DNA from: a virus
IMG/VR virus record: IMGVR_UViG_3300045051_000172
Location: 1 to 64,000 of that record
DNA: 64,000 nt
Reading direction: 5' to 3' (one strand)
How positions within the stretch are numbered: the stretch's first letter is position 1; the number at the start of each line of letters is the position of its first letter. Shown here one piece after another: positions 7,760 through 16,111 of this stretch. The notes beneath the pieces are model-generated. The model had not been told where the DNA came from, ran no database searches, and worked only from the letters and a program-made list of their open reading frames with translations. Position numbers and translations under genes: made by a program.

Positions 7760-8646
7760 GACATATCCCTGGCATCTCGAAATCCAAGAAATACCGGGAA
7801 GCGGGGCTTTCCATTCGGTCCAAGTTCTTGATATTTGTACTTGACGATTTTCCCAAGAAACTCTGATTGATTGTGCCAAAGACGAGCACGTTCATCTGCC
7901 GTGAATCCGGACCCTATTTCAAATCCAGTACCAGTTCCTAAATCATTGACTAAAAGATTCCCCATTATGCCTGCGGGCACCATTCCTTCTTTCTTGTGGG
8001 ATCTCTTCGTATATCCAAGCTCTGATTTCTCAGCAACATTGTCATTGTGCATTTGTTCCGTCATTCCGTTGATGACGGCTTCAGAATCATAGAAACGCTT
8101 AATTTTGAGCAGGTACTGTTCTTTCAGAGTGGAACGTCCAAACTTATAGGGACCATCAAAAGATCTCACCATGACACCCTCGAAGCCCGCAGCAACCGTC
8201 TTTTCTTCAATTCGTTGAAGCTGGCCAATAGATTCAACCACGGTATGCTCCACAAGAACAAGTTCTGGCTTGTTCACTTCAGAGACGATCCTTTGAAGAT
8301 TTTGGTAGCGTTGATAAAAAGGAAGTTGCCCGACTGACGCCGGATGAACGTAATCGAAAGCGTTATAAGTAAAGGCAGGAGTTCCTTCTTCGCTCATGAC
8401 GAGAGACTGGAGATCGTTAAACTTCACTCCAGGAGACATAATTTCTCCATCAATCCCATCAGGAAGATTGGCTTCGATCCAATTGCGAATATGGTGATTG
8501 GGGATCGGTTTGAACTTTCGGCTCAAGGCCTTCCCGCCCACTTTGATGCAGCGGATTCCGTCCAATTTCGGACTGGCCAACACAGGCAACTTTAAGGTTT
8601 CAAGATCTTCGATTGCAACAGCGAGCATTGGTTTTTCGATATTCAT
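7756..8646 (-). CDS. ATP-dependent DNA ligase (minimal phage type)
   Basis: SPKLDGIR (motif I), DGEI, FDY, EGVMVR, LLKIKRF, C-terminal OB fold ending PRFPVF. Confidence 0.92.
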   Translation of the reverse strand: MNIEKPMLAVAIEDLETLKLPVLASPKLDGIRCIKVGGKALSRKFKPIPNHHIRNWIEANLPDGIDGEIMSPGVKFNDLQSLVMSEEGTPAFTYNAFDYVHPASVGQLPFYQRYQNLQRIVSEVNKPELVLVEHTVVESIGQLQRIEEKTVAAGFEGVMVRSFDGPYKFGRSTLKEQYLLKIKRFYDSEAVINGMTEQMHNDNVAEKSELGYTKRSHKKEGMVPAGIMGNLLVNDLGTGTGFEIGSGFTADERARLWHNQSEFLGKIVKYKYQELGPNGKPRFPVFLGFRDARDMS

Positions 8647-8654
8647 TTCATCTC

Positions 8655-9026
8655 CTAATAATTTTCGGCTTCTATTTTAGGGCCGTATAATCGATTCCAT
8701 TTTTGAATTCGTTTCATGGTCTTTTCGTAAGGTTCATTTTTGAATTTAGAATTGTCTGGAATTACATCCTCAGTGAGATACTGCAAATCTAAGGCTAAAC
8801 CTCGAAACAACTTTCCACTGTTAACCGTAATTTCGTCGTGCAGTCTGATAGTGCGAAGGTCGTAACATTCGATATTATCTTTTAATTCGTCCATGACGGC
8901 ATTTCTAATATCGTCGAAAGATCTAAAATTTCCAATAAGCACCAACAATCTAGGTTGAGGTTTAGAGCCATTGACTACCTTAGCCCATGACTTTTTCTCC
9001 AAAATAGAAGCTGATGTGACTCTCAT
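8655..9026 (-). CDS. hypothetical protein
   Basis: 123 aa ORF in operon. Confidence 0.65.
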   Translation of the reverse strand: MRVTSASILEKKSWAKVVNGSKPQPRLLVLIGNFRSFDDIRNAVMDELKDNIECYDLRTIRLHDEITVNSGKLFRGLALDLQYLTEDVIPDNSKFKNEPYEKTMKRIQKWNRLYGPKIEAENY

Positions 9027-9190
9027 TTTATAAAGTCTTCCGAGATAAGTTTCATCGCAACAACTACCATGATCGTTTGGGATAAAGTAGTGTTGGAAAA
9101 TTTAGCGACCTTGCGATAGAAGTCTGCGACATCTTGAGGCAGGGTCATTTTGATAATTTTGTACTTCGGTTTCTTGGCTTTCTTTTTCAT
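9023..9190 (-). CDS. small ribbon-helix-helix-like DNA-binding protein
   Basis: 55 aa MKKKAKKPKYKIIKMTLPQDVADFYRKVAKFSNTTLSQTIMVVVAM; ATGA overlaps at both ends. Confidence 0.5.
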   Translation of the reverse strand: MKKKAKKPKYKIIKMTLPQDVADFYRKVAKFSNTTLSQTIMVVVAMKLISEDFIK

Positions 9191-9498
9191 AGTTTCCTCC
9201 CTAACAAAAATGCCATCACTATCAAGGCTCCGATCAATCCAATCTCAATTACATGCCCGTAGCGGCTGGCGAAATTATTGACGAAGTGACCAACTTTCAC
9301 AAAGGGATTTCTTGTCACTACTTTAACTTTATCTGCGACGTAAGTGAGTTCTTGTTGAACTTTTTGAATCTCTTGAGAATTATGAGTAAGCATGAAAGAG
9401 TCGTTTCGAGTGCGATCTCGAAGCGCATTCACTGCCTCGGTCAACTTTTTTACTTCATCAACCAGCAGATCGTTTTGAATCTTTTTTAACTTCTTCAC
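9187..9498 (-). CDS. coiled-coil protein with C-terminal TM helix
   Basis: heptad N-part; VIEIGLIGALIVMAFLL. Confidence 0.65.
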   Translation of the reverse strand: MKKLKKIQNDLLVDEVKKLTEAVNALRDRTRNDSFMLTHNSQEIQKVQQELTYVADKVKVVTRNPFVKVGHFVNNFASRYGHVIEIGLIGALIVMAFLLGRKL

Positions 9499-9631
9499 GA
9501 CTTTCCTCCAGTGCTTTTAGGGCTTCGACTGGGATCTCTCTCGAAATCCAGTGTCCCTGTCCGGTTTGAGTCATTAGTTCTAAGGTCCCATCTGACTCTT
9601 GAGTCACAATGGCTACATATCTTCGGCTCAT
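9458..9631 (-). CDS. hypothetical protein
   Basis: ATGA-coupled start 9631 with GGAG RBS. Confidence 0.55.
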   Translation of the reverse strand: MSRRYVAIVTQESDGTLELMTQTGQGHWISREIPVEALKALEESREEVKKDSKRSAG

Positions 9632-9891
9632 ACGTTCTCCGATTTCTTGGTTTTCTTTTTTCGTTTGGGTAACTTGGCTTCTAGTTTCTTGCAAACCAAA
9701 TCTTCTAAATCAACTTCTGCGCGAACTTTGTTCTCACAACTTTTGCAATGACGGTGACCGACATGCTCGCTGGGAAAGTATTTAAGACACCCGAGGCAGA
9801 ATCTCCGAGCGGCTACAGGCTCGGGGAGACCCATGTAGGCTCTTAGCTCTTCGACTGACATTTCGTCTTTGATTGCGGCTTTTCGGCCCAT
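9628..9891 (-). CDS. zinc-finger protein
   Basis: RRFCLGCLKYFPSEHVGHRHCKSC; basic C-terminus. Confidence 0.65.
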   Translation of the reverse strand: MGRKAAIKDEMSVEELRAYMGLPEPVAARRFCLGCLKYFPSEHVGHRHCKSCENKVRAEVDLEDLVCKKLEAKLPKRKKKTKKSENV

Positions 9892-9938
9892 AAGCTTTCC
9901 TCCAAGAATATGATCTCTCGGATTTGAAAAGCTGTCAA

Positions 9939-10544
9939 CTACTCTTTACGAGGGGTCCATTGGAAGTCTTCGATCTTCTTTCGAAGCTTCGTCATCTTTT
10001 TGACGGCCATCTGCTGTTTCATTGTGGATAGGTGCTCGATGAAGCACTTGCCATCCAAATGATCGCATTCGTGTTGAATGATCTGAGCAAGGAAGCCTTT
10101 GGCATCGGGAAGATTTACGGCCATGCCGGTCTCAATGGAATCTAATGTGTAATATGTAACGTCCACTTCTTCCGACCGCGCAATGTTTTCATAGTAGCCG
10201 GGGAGACTGAGACAGCCTTCAGAGACTACTTTCTTCTCGGAATGGAAAACGATTTCAGGATAAAGCATGTAAAAACGCTTTTGTTGTTCGGGAGGAAGTT
10301 CATCACCTTTATCGGACTTTGAGGGATCAATAACAGAAACTGCCCAGTCAGTAATTCCGATTTGATTGGAAGAGAGCCCCACACCTACGGGGATTGCGTC
10401 GAGAGTATCCCACATATCTTGGAGAATTAATTCGAGAACGCCTTTGTCCGCTTTCAACTGAGCCAAGATAGCTTCATGCGTTGCTGGTCGAAGACAGGGA
10501 GTTTTTAATGGGCCTCTTGGGTAAATTAAAACTGGCTTAATCAT
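9939..10544 (-). CDS. def: peptide deformylase
   Basis: GVGLSSNQIG, EGCLSLPG and QHECDHLDG, the three PDF motifs. Confidence 0.92.
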   Translation of the reverse strand: MIKPVLIYPRGPLKTPCLRPATHEAILAQLKADKGVLELILQDMWDTLDAIPVGVGLSSNQIGITDWAVSVIDPSKSDKGDELPPEQQKRFYMLYPEIVFHSEKKVVSEGCLSLPGYYENIARSEEVDVTYYTLDSIETGMAVNLPDAKGFLAQIIQHECDHLDGKCFIEHLSTMKQQMAVKKMTKLRKKIEDFQWTPRKE

Positions 10545-10861
10545 TGAACACCTACTGATCCTTTTGATTTTGGTTTTTCTTGAATCGGAACGCCCCACAT
10601 CACACGGGTTTTATCATCCATGACGATTCGTTGTCGCATTCCGCAATTTTTATAGGTAATCCAGAGTTCAACCGTGTTGTATTTTTGAACTTCGGGATCG
10701 CGAGGAATTACATCGTAGCCGGACTGTTCACACTCTTCTTTTGGATTTTCGAGAGAAAACATTTTGCGTTCAGTCTCTACAAAAATGAATCTGTAGGGAT
10801 TCGTGTGAGAGGAACATCCGAAAAGGAACACTGACAAAACACCGATAAAACACTGTTTCAT
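10541..10861 (-). CDS. lipoprotein, hypothetical
   Basis: signal peptide with lipobox LFGC. Confidence 0.65.
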   Translation of the reverse strand: MKQCFIGVLSVFLFGCSSHTNPYRFIFVETERKMFSLENPKEECEQSGYDVIPRDPEVQKYNTVELWITYKNCGMRQRIVMDDKTRVMWGVPIQEKPKSKGSVGVQ

Positions 10862-11121
10862 TTTAATCTTTCATAGTAAGCGTCGATTGCAACCAGAAAT
10901 TGTTTCATGTAAACTCTAAGCTCTTCGATTTCATCATCAGAGGCGTCCGGATCTTTCATTCGAACTTCGTCGAGAACTCGATCTTGGTCATGCTTGATTT
11001 CATAGTAAGTGAAATTGGTCACTCCGCAGATTTCAAAAACTTCACGCTCTTTCGTTGCAGCTCTTTCTGATGCAAGCCAGTAAGTGTACCAACGGCTGTC
11101 GCCCCATCTTGAATAACTCAT
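10858..11121 (-). CDS. hypothetical protein
   Basis: 87 aa ORF, ATGA-coupled. Confidence 0.65.
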   Translation of the reverse strand: MSYSRWGDSRWYTYWLASERAATKEREVFEICGVTNFTYYEIKHDQDRVLDEVRMKDPDASDDEIEELRVYMKQFLVAIDAYYERLK

Positions 11122-11318
11122 TATTGATTCCTCACAAGTTCTACAGTTAGTCCGGTCTCAGTTAAACGTATCATGATTGGATAGGTTTTGTCATTCGATA
11201 TCTGAATATCGACTCCATGAAACATCGAGCTTTCGGCATATCCATTTCCGTGAATTCCAATTGCTCCGCCCGGTTCTAGGAGATGATTTTTGATTCTTTC
11301 GTCTTTGATCTCGCTCAC
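11121..11318 (-). CDS. hypothetical protein
   Basis: 65 aa ORF in operon. Confidence 0.55.
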   Translation of the reverse strand: MSEIKDERIKNHLLEPGGAIGIHGNGYAESSMFHGVDIQISNDKTYPIMIRLTETGLTVELVRNQ

Positions 11319-11671
11319 TTGATACTCCTTATGTAGCTTCGATTCGAATAGACTTCACAAAGCTTCAGGTGTTCTTCGACCGCATTTTCTTTCGTCAGAT
11401 GTTTGACGGTTTTAATCGGCCCTTTGTTATAGTCTACGTCCCATGGGCCTGCGGCTTTCTCTTTCATGTGGAACACTACTGTCTGGAAATACAAGTCCGG
11501 ACCAAATACGGCAGTTGGCCTGTAATCTAAACTACTTAGGATATTTCCAATGGTGTTTATGCAATATTTACCTACCGTCGTTGTCTCGCAAAAATTTGCA
11601 TGGATGGCAAGGGCAACGTGCTCGAACCCAAGGGCTTGCTTTGACCATATCCATTGATCCCTTGAAATCAC
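11315..11671 (-). CDS. hypothetical protein
   Basis: GTG 11671 after AGGAG RBS, downstream of the minus-strand promoter. Confidence 0.6.
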   Translation of the reverse strand: MISRDQWIWSKQALGFEHVALAIHANFCETTTVGKYCINTIGNILSSLDYRPTAVFGPDLYFQTVVFHMKEKAAGPWDVDYNKGPIKTVKHLTKENAVEEHLKLCEVYSNRSYIRSIK

Positions 11672-11687
11672 GTTTTCTCCTACAAAA

Positions 11688-11731
11688 AGAGTAGCAGGGT
11701 ACTTGACGGGCGTCAAGAGGTTCTATAACCT
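11688..11731. promoter_or_regulatory. divergent sigma70 promoter pair with palindromic -35 boxes
   Basis: CTTGACG-GG-CGTCAAG; plus TTGACG-N17-TAACCT, minus TTGACG-N17-TACTCT. Confidence 0.7.
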
Positions 11732-11751
11732 GAAAGCAAGGAGAGCTGCAC

Positions 11752-12927
11752 ATGACCTTAAAACTTCTATCGATCTTTTCTTTAACCCTTTTCTTATTTG
11801 CTTGCGGAAGTGAAAATTCGCAATCCGAATATGAGCCGGTCGACGTAACAGATCAGATAAATAAGCTTAACGGTAAGATTGAAGCTTTGATGTTGATTTC
11901 GGGACAGTTAGAAACAATCGTGAATAGTCCTTTCTATGACTGTAACCTTGCCGACGCTTTGATTCGTACAATGTGCCAAGTGGCCCAACAATCTGAGAAT
12001 GAAATTCGAACCGAACTATATAGTGCGATGGGCACCTATCAAGCAACTCTTCAATCCCAAATTGATGCGGATCGAACAGATTTGGCGAACCATGAAGCTG
12101 CAATCAATGCCGCCAACGCTGCAATTGCCACAAATACTGGAAACATCGCTTCTAATACGGCTGCGATTGCTGCCGCTCAGGCCAGTCTAACTTTGTTGGA
12201 TTCCCGAGTTACGACTTTGGAAAGCTCCGTAGTAACCTTAGGTAGCCGAGTGACCTCTGCCGAAGCTGCGATTCTTGCCTTACAAAATAGCATTGCCTCG
12301 ATCAACGGTTCGCTATCTGGAACTTTAACTTTGGTCACGATTGGTAAGGAAAACGTAGCTGCAGGTCCAGTTTATGAAACCGTACTTCGCCAAACTGATA
12401 AGAAAAACTTCAGTGGCTATGCAAGTGCCTTTGGTGCCTACCAATCTTTCGGAAACAATCCAGCAGACCCAACCAACGGTTCAAGCTCCGTTGTGTTCAC
12501 GTTGACTGCACATGGTTACGCGGCCAATGATATTGTGGAACTCTCAGGCCTTACCTCAGGAAGTGGACTACTCACTGGGGATGTGCTGGGTCAATTTGTA
12601 ATTCAATCAGTTACGGCAAATACTTTCACTTTGACTCTTGCGCGAAATGCTACGAGTGGCAACGTGTTCGGAGGAAGTGCTGGAACTGTTCGTAAATACA
12701 ACGGCTCAGGTATGTCAAATTTTTGGACCGCCGGACAAGCAAGTGATGTTGCGGTTCGACAAACTTCAGCCGGTACGAAAAAATATAACTTTATTATTCG
12801 TAGAATTTCTACGGATGTCTCAAATCAAACTGCAGAACTCTGCTATGACAAAACGAACGCGACCGCGCTGTTCGCTACGATCAATGCAGCTCCTGCGGGC
12901 GGATCTGGGAATATCGCTTGTAAGTAG
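11752..12927 (+). CDS. lipoprotein with long coiled coil and fibre-like beta C-terminal domain
   Basis: lipobox LFAC; AAINAANAAIATNTGNIA...VTTLESSVVTLGSRVT heptads; VVFTLTAHGYAANDIVELSG beta-sandwich motif. Confidence 0.7.
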   Translation: MTLKLLSIFSLTLFLFACGSENSQSEYEPVDVTDQINKLNGKIEALMLISGQLETIVNSPFYDCNLADALIRTMCQVAQQSENEIRTELYSAMGTYQATLQSQIDADRTDLANHEAAINAANAAIATNTGNIASNTAAIAAAQASLTLLDSRVTTLESSVVTLGSRVTSAEAAILALQNSIASINGSLSGTLTLVTIGKENVAAGPVYETVLRQTDKKNFSGYASAFGAYQSFGNNPADPTNGSSSVVFTLTAHGYAANDIVELSGLTSGSGLLTGDVLGQFVIQSVTANTFTLTLARNATSGNVFGGSAGTVRKYNGSGMSNFWTAGQASDVAVRQTSAGTKKYNFIIRRISTDVSNQTAELCYDKTNATALFATINAAPAGGSGNIACK

Positions 12928-12974
12928 TTTGAAACGAGGTAGCAGCAGTGTCCAATGTTTGTTTAACCTCCTTC

Positions 12975-13280
12975 ATGAAGCCCTGGGGATTGTTATCCCT
13001 GGGGCTATTTATTTTAGGCTGTGAAGATTCAAAGCCAATGTCGAGAGGGAAAAGTGTGTATCTGGGAAATTGCACCTCTTGTCATAACTCCGATCCTAAG
13101 AAAGATGGATCAGTTGGTCCTGCAATTTTCGGAAGTTCGGAAGAGTTGCTTTTTAAGAAACTAAAAACTGGGGAGTATCCAGCAGGGTACAAACCGAAAC
13201 GTCAAACACGAATGATGCCCAAATTCGAAGGGATGAAAGACGATGACATCAGAGAAATTCGAAGATATCTTAGTGAGTAA
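12975..13280 (+). CDS. c-type cytochrome (class I, monoheme), lipoprotein
   Basis: lipobox ILGC; CxxCH (CTSCH); GPAI; distal Met in MMPKF. Confidence 0.85.
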   Translation: MKPWGLLSLGLFILGCEDSKPMSRGKSVYLGNCTSCHNSDPKKDGSVGPAIFGSSEELLFKKLKTGEYPAGYKPKRQTRMMPKFEGMKDDDIREIRRYLSE

Positions 13281-13434
13281 GATTCGGCTGCACTATGCAG
13301 CGATCATGCTTTTCTTTTTTGGTTACTTTTTCGGAGCCATAGTTCAATGCTTTGCTCTGAAAAATGATTATGAAGCAACAATTAGGTTTCTTAAAAAATT
13401 AGGGTACACAGGTGTCGTATGCACAAAGCAGTAA
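13273..13434 (+). CDS. small membrane protein
   Basis: hydrophobic YAAIMLFFFGYFFGAIVQCFAL; start codon uncertain. Confidence 0.5.
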   Translation: MSKIRLHYAAIMLFFFGYFFGAIVQCFALKNDYEATIRFLKKLGYTGVVCTKQ

Positions 13435-13634
13435 AAGATATGAAAGTGATTGAACTCGAAAAAATCGAAGAGTTCCTCGATCAACAAATTCGAATGGAAA
13501 AAGAACACCGCAGAATGCGTAGAGCTTTGCGAATTTTGCGTAAGCGCCTGGACTGGAAGTCCCTGGACCCAATTCCTTTCAGCGTAGACGACGCAAACAA
13601 GTTAATAGATAAGGCACTTGAGAGGGTCAAATGA
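13419..13634 (+). CDS. hypothetical protein
   Basis: 71 aa helical ORF in operon. Confidence 0.55.
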   Translation: MHKAVKDMKVIELEKIEEFLDQQIRMEKEHRRMRRALRILRKRLDWKSLDPIPFSVDDANKLIDKALERVK

Positions 13635-14062
13635 GAATTCTACTTCATGTGGACCCTGAGATCTACAAGCAACCTTTGTATCGACAGATTCGCTTTCTTT
13701 GCTACGCTCTGCATGATCTTACGACTCCTTTGGAAAATATCACTGAAGTTGGAACTTTTCTGACGGGTAATCCACATAAGCAAATTGAGGGCTGGTTGGC
13801 CGAAAATTCTAATGCCAGACTTTATGTCACGACTTTTGAGCAGGAATCTCACCATCCAACTTTTGAAGTAGTTTTGAGCCTGTCTCTCACGGATTCTGAA
13901 TATTTTGATATTGCCAAACTCAACGAGGATTTCGAGCGTGACATTAAAGCCTTATCCTCGGCTTATCGTCGCGCGGGACTCCTGGCCTGGAACTATGGTT
14001 GCCATAACCTTTTAAATGATATTCTAAGAACATGCCCGGAAACAAAAAAGACTTCTTCATAA
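13631..14062 (+). CDS. hypothetical protein
   Basis: 143 aa ORF, ATGA-coupled. Confidence 0.65.
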   Translation: MRILLHVDPEIYKQPLYRQIRFLCYALHDLTTPLENITEVGTFLTGNPHKQIEGWLAENSNARLYVTTFEQESHHPTFEVVLSLSLTDSEYFDIAKLNEDFERDIKALSSAYRRAGLLAWNYGCHNLLNDILRTCPETKKTSS

Positions 14063-14847
14063 ACCTTCAGGTCGAGATGCTGAAGAGAGGCATCACCGAC
14101 TACACTGACGAAATGCTTGGAGAAATCCAACAAGCCGTCAAAGACACTGCCTATGCAGCGTATGCTTCCATTGTTTCGGATGCTCAGTCTAAATTGAACA
14201 CGACTCGAAAAGACTACCTTTCTGCTCTAAAATTCATAACTCTTCAAAAAGACAACTATTTAATTTTCTTGGATTCTGGATTCGCGAATGAAATAGAAGA
14301 CGGTTGGTCTCCTTTTGACATGAAGAATAAGCTCCTCAGCTCGAAGAAAAACGTGTCTGAGGGCCCGCGCGCGGGACTTCCTTGGGTCCAAAAAGGCAAG
14401 GCTGGCCAAAGATACGCTCATGTGCCTTTCGAACACTCTGTCGGTCGGGGAACCAAAGGGGCTTCGGATTTGTCGGGAATCATCAAAAATTTAAAAACCA
14501 TGAACAGTAAAACTGGACTTCAACAAAAGATGACTTCGGTCTTCAAAGACGCCTCAGGTAAAGTAATGCAGGGAAAAGTTGCTTCTTATAGGTCCAGCAA
14601 AGCGGATCAAGAAAAAGGGCTAAGTATCCCAAATCTTGAGGGTATTACGAAATACCAGAAGCTCTATAAAGATAAGAATGGAAAAGAGAAAGTCAAATCT
14701 CTGTACCTTACTTTCCGCACAGTCTCAGATCGATCTCCGAGCGGCAAGTGGCAAAACAAGGGATACAACGGTTTGCACGCTTTCGCAGAGGCCGAGAAGT
14801 ACGTCGAAGCCCAATTACAGGTTATCCTCGACACCATTTTGAAGTAA
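14032..14847 (+). CDS. putative virion neck/tail-completion protein
   Basis: position at the head of the tail operon; PFDMKNKLL...RYAHVPFEH motif typical of myophage morphogenesis proteins. Confidence 0.5.
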   Translation: MPGNKKDFFINLQVEMLKRGITDYTDEMLGEIQQAVKDTAYAAYASIVSDAQSKLNTTRKDYLSALKFITLQKDNYLIFLDSGFANEIEDGWSPFDMKNKLLSSKKNVSEGPRAGLPWVQKGKAGQRYAHVPFEHSVGRGTKGASDLSGIIKNLKTMNSKTGLQQKMTSVFKDASGKVMQGKVASYRSSKADQEKGLSIPNLEGITKYQKLYKDKNGKEKVKSLYLTFRTVSDRSPSGKWQNKGYNGLHAFAEAEKYVEAQLQVILDTILK

Positions 14848-14855
14848 AATAACTT

Positions 14856-15809
14856 ATGCCATTCATCCTCCCAGATTTAATCGTCGAAAGCTCTTTAAGA
14901 GAAGGGTTGGCCAATATCCGAAACGACACCTCGATTGTGGATGACGTATTCGCGAATCTCAAGACTCTACCCATTTGGCCCAAGTACGGCGATAAAGAAC
15001 TGAACAAGATCAAAAAACTCCTCTCCAAGAGTGAGATAAACATTGTTCATTCCTTCCCGGCGGACAATACAAAGATGCCTTGCTTCTCGATTCAACTCCT
15101 TCCGTCGAAGGAAAATGAGCGCCGAGCGGTCATGGACGATTTTGACAATGATGTTACGACCCCAATGGATGAAGAAGAATTGGCTGAACAAGTCATTGTT
15201 TCCTCCGTGCTTATCGATTCCTATGATGCGAATTCCGGCATCGTATATATTGACGATTCCATCAACCTGGCTCAGGTTCACGTTAACCACATCTTGGTCG
15301 ACTCGAATGGCGAAGAATTTACGATTCTCGGCGGGGTCAATAACGATACCGGCTCGAAGAAATTTCTGATCCAAAAGCAAGCGGAACTTGAAACCTCCGG
15401 CCCGGCGGTCATCAAGTCTTCGATTGACTTTAAACAGTACGAAGTAAGAACCAATGTTGAGAGCTGTTCGATCCTGGTCGGGATTCATACTAAAGAGCCT
15501 CTCCAGACTAAGTATTTGCATACATTGGTAAAATACATCATTGAAAGCCGAAAAAAGGACTTCATCAATCGAGGCTTCTCTCAAATGACTTATGAGGCCT
15601 CTGACTTCACCCAAAACCAGGAGTATGCCTCTGATTTCATCTATACCCGGTTTTTGACCATTTCTGGCACTCTTGAAAACACCTGGAATTCGGACAAGGT
15701 CACACCTATCGATAATCTCGAAGTCGAGGTCAAGGTCGAAAAGGATAAGGCCGGTAACGAAGACTTGGGACTTCAGAACTCAACCATTCAGGTTCAAGAA
15801 GACGAATAA
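14856..15809 (+). CDS. putative tail terminator-like protein
   Basis: two genes upstream of the sheath; IVHSFP..MPCFSIQL and ILVGIHT..P..TKYLH pattern. Confidence 0.5.
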   Translation: MPFILPDLIVESSLREGLANIRNDTSIVDDVFANLKTLPIWPKYGDKELNKIKKLLSKSEINIVHSFPADNTKMPCFSIQLLPSKENERRAVMDDFDNDVTTPMDEEELAEQVIVSSVLIDSYDANSGIVYIDDSINLAQVHVNHILVDSNGEEFTILGGVNNDTGSKKFLIQKQAELETSGPAVIKSSIDFKQYEVRTNVESCSILVGIHTKEPLQTKYLHTLVKYIIESRKKDFINRGFSQMTYEASDFTQNQEYASDFIYTRFLTISGTLENTWNSDKVTPIDNLEVEVKVEKDKAGNEDLGLQNSTIQVQEDE

Positions 15810-15852
15810 TCCCCCTAAAGATATTTGTTTTTACCAGCTATAATTGGACTTG

Positions 15853-16083
15853 ATGAGTGAAGGCAAGAAGAAAAAACAGGAAGAAGTCGAAAAACCGATT
15901 CCTGCTACTCAGCCTAAGGCTACTAAAGAGAAGCTCACGTTTGATTCTTGGGCCTCTCTGAGGCTCTCGCAGAAGGATAGAAAGAGCTGGCTTAAAGAGC
16001 CAGTTAAGAAATTCTTCGAAAGTTTGGGCCTCAAAAATGAAGAAGAGATTGAAACTTTTGATTTGAATTTTAAAAAGTTTTAA
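15853..16083 (+). CDS. small hypothetical (virion-associated) protein
   Basis: ORF between the terminator-like and sheath genes. Confidence 0.6.
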   Translation: MSEGKKKKQEEVEKPIPATQPKATKEKLTFDSWASLRLSQKDRKSWLKEPVKKFFESLGLKNEEEIETFDLNFKKF

Positions 16084-16111
16084 CACCTAAGGAAAGGTAA
16101 GGAGAAGGTAC

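Noticed and set aside
7760-7879. ORF-track N-terminal extensions (also 6149-6346, 10545-10598, 52619-52750, 58977-59009)
   Set aside because: They overlap upstream genes or lack an RBS; internal ATGs with an RBS or stop-start coupling are better starts
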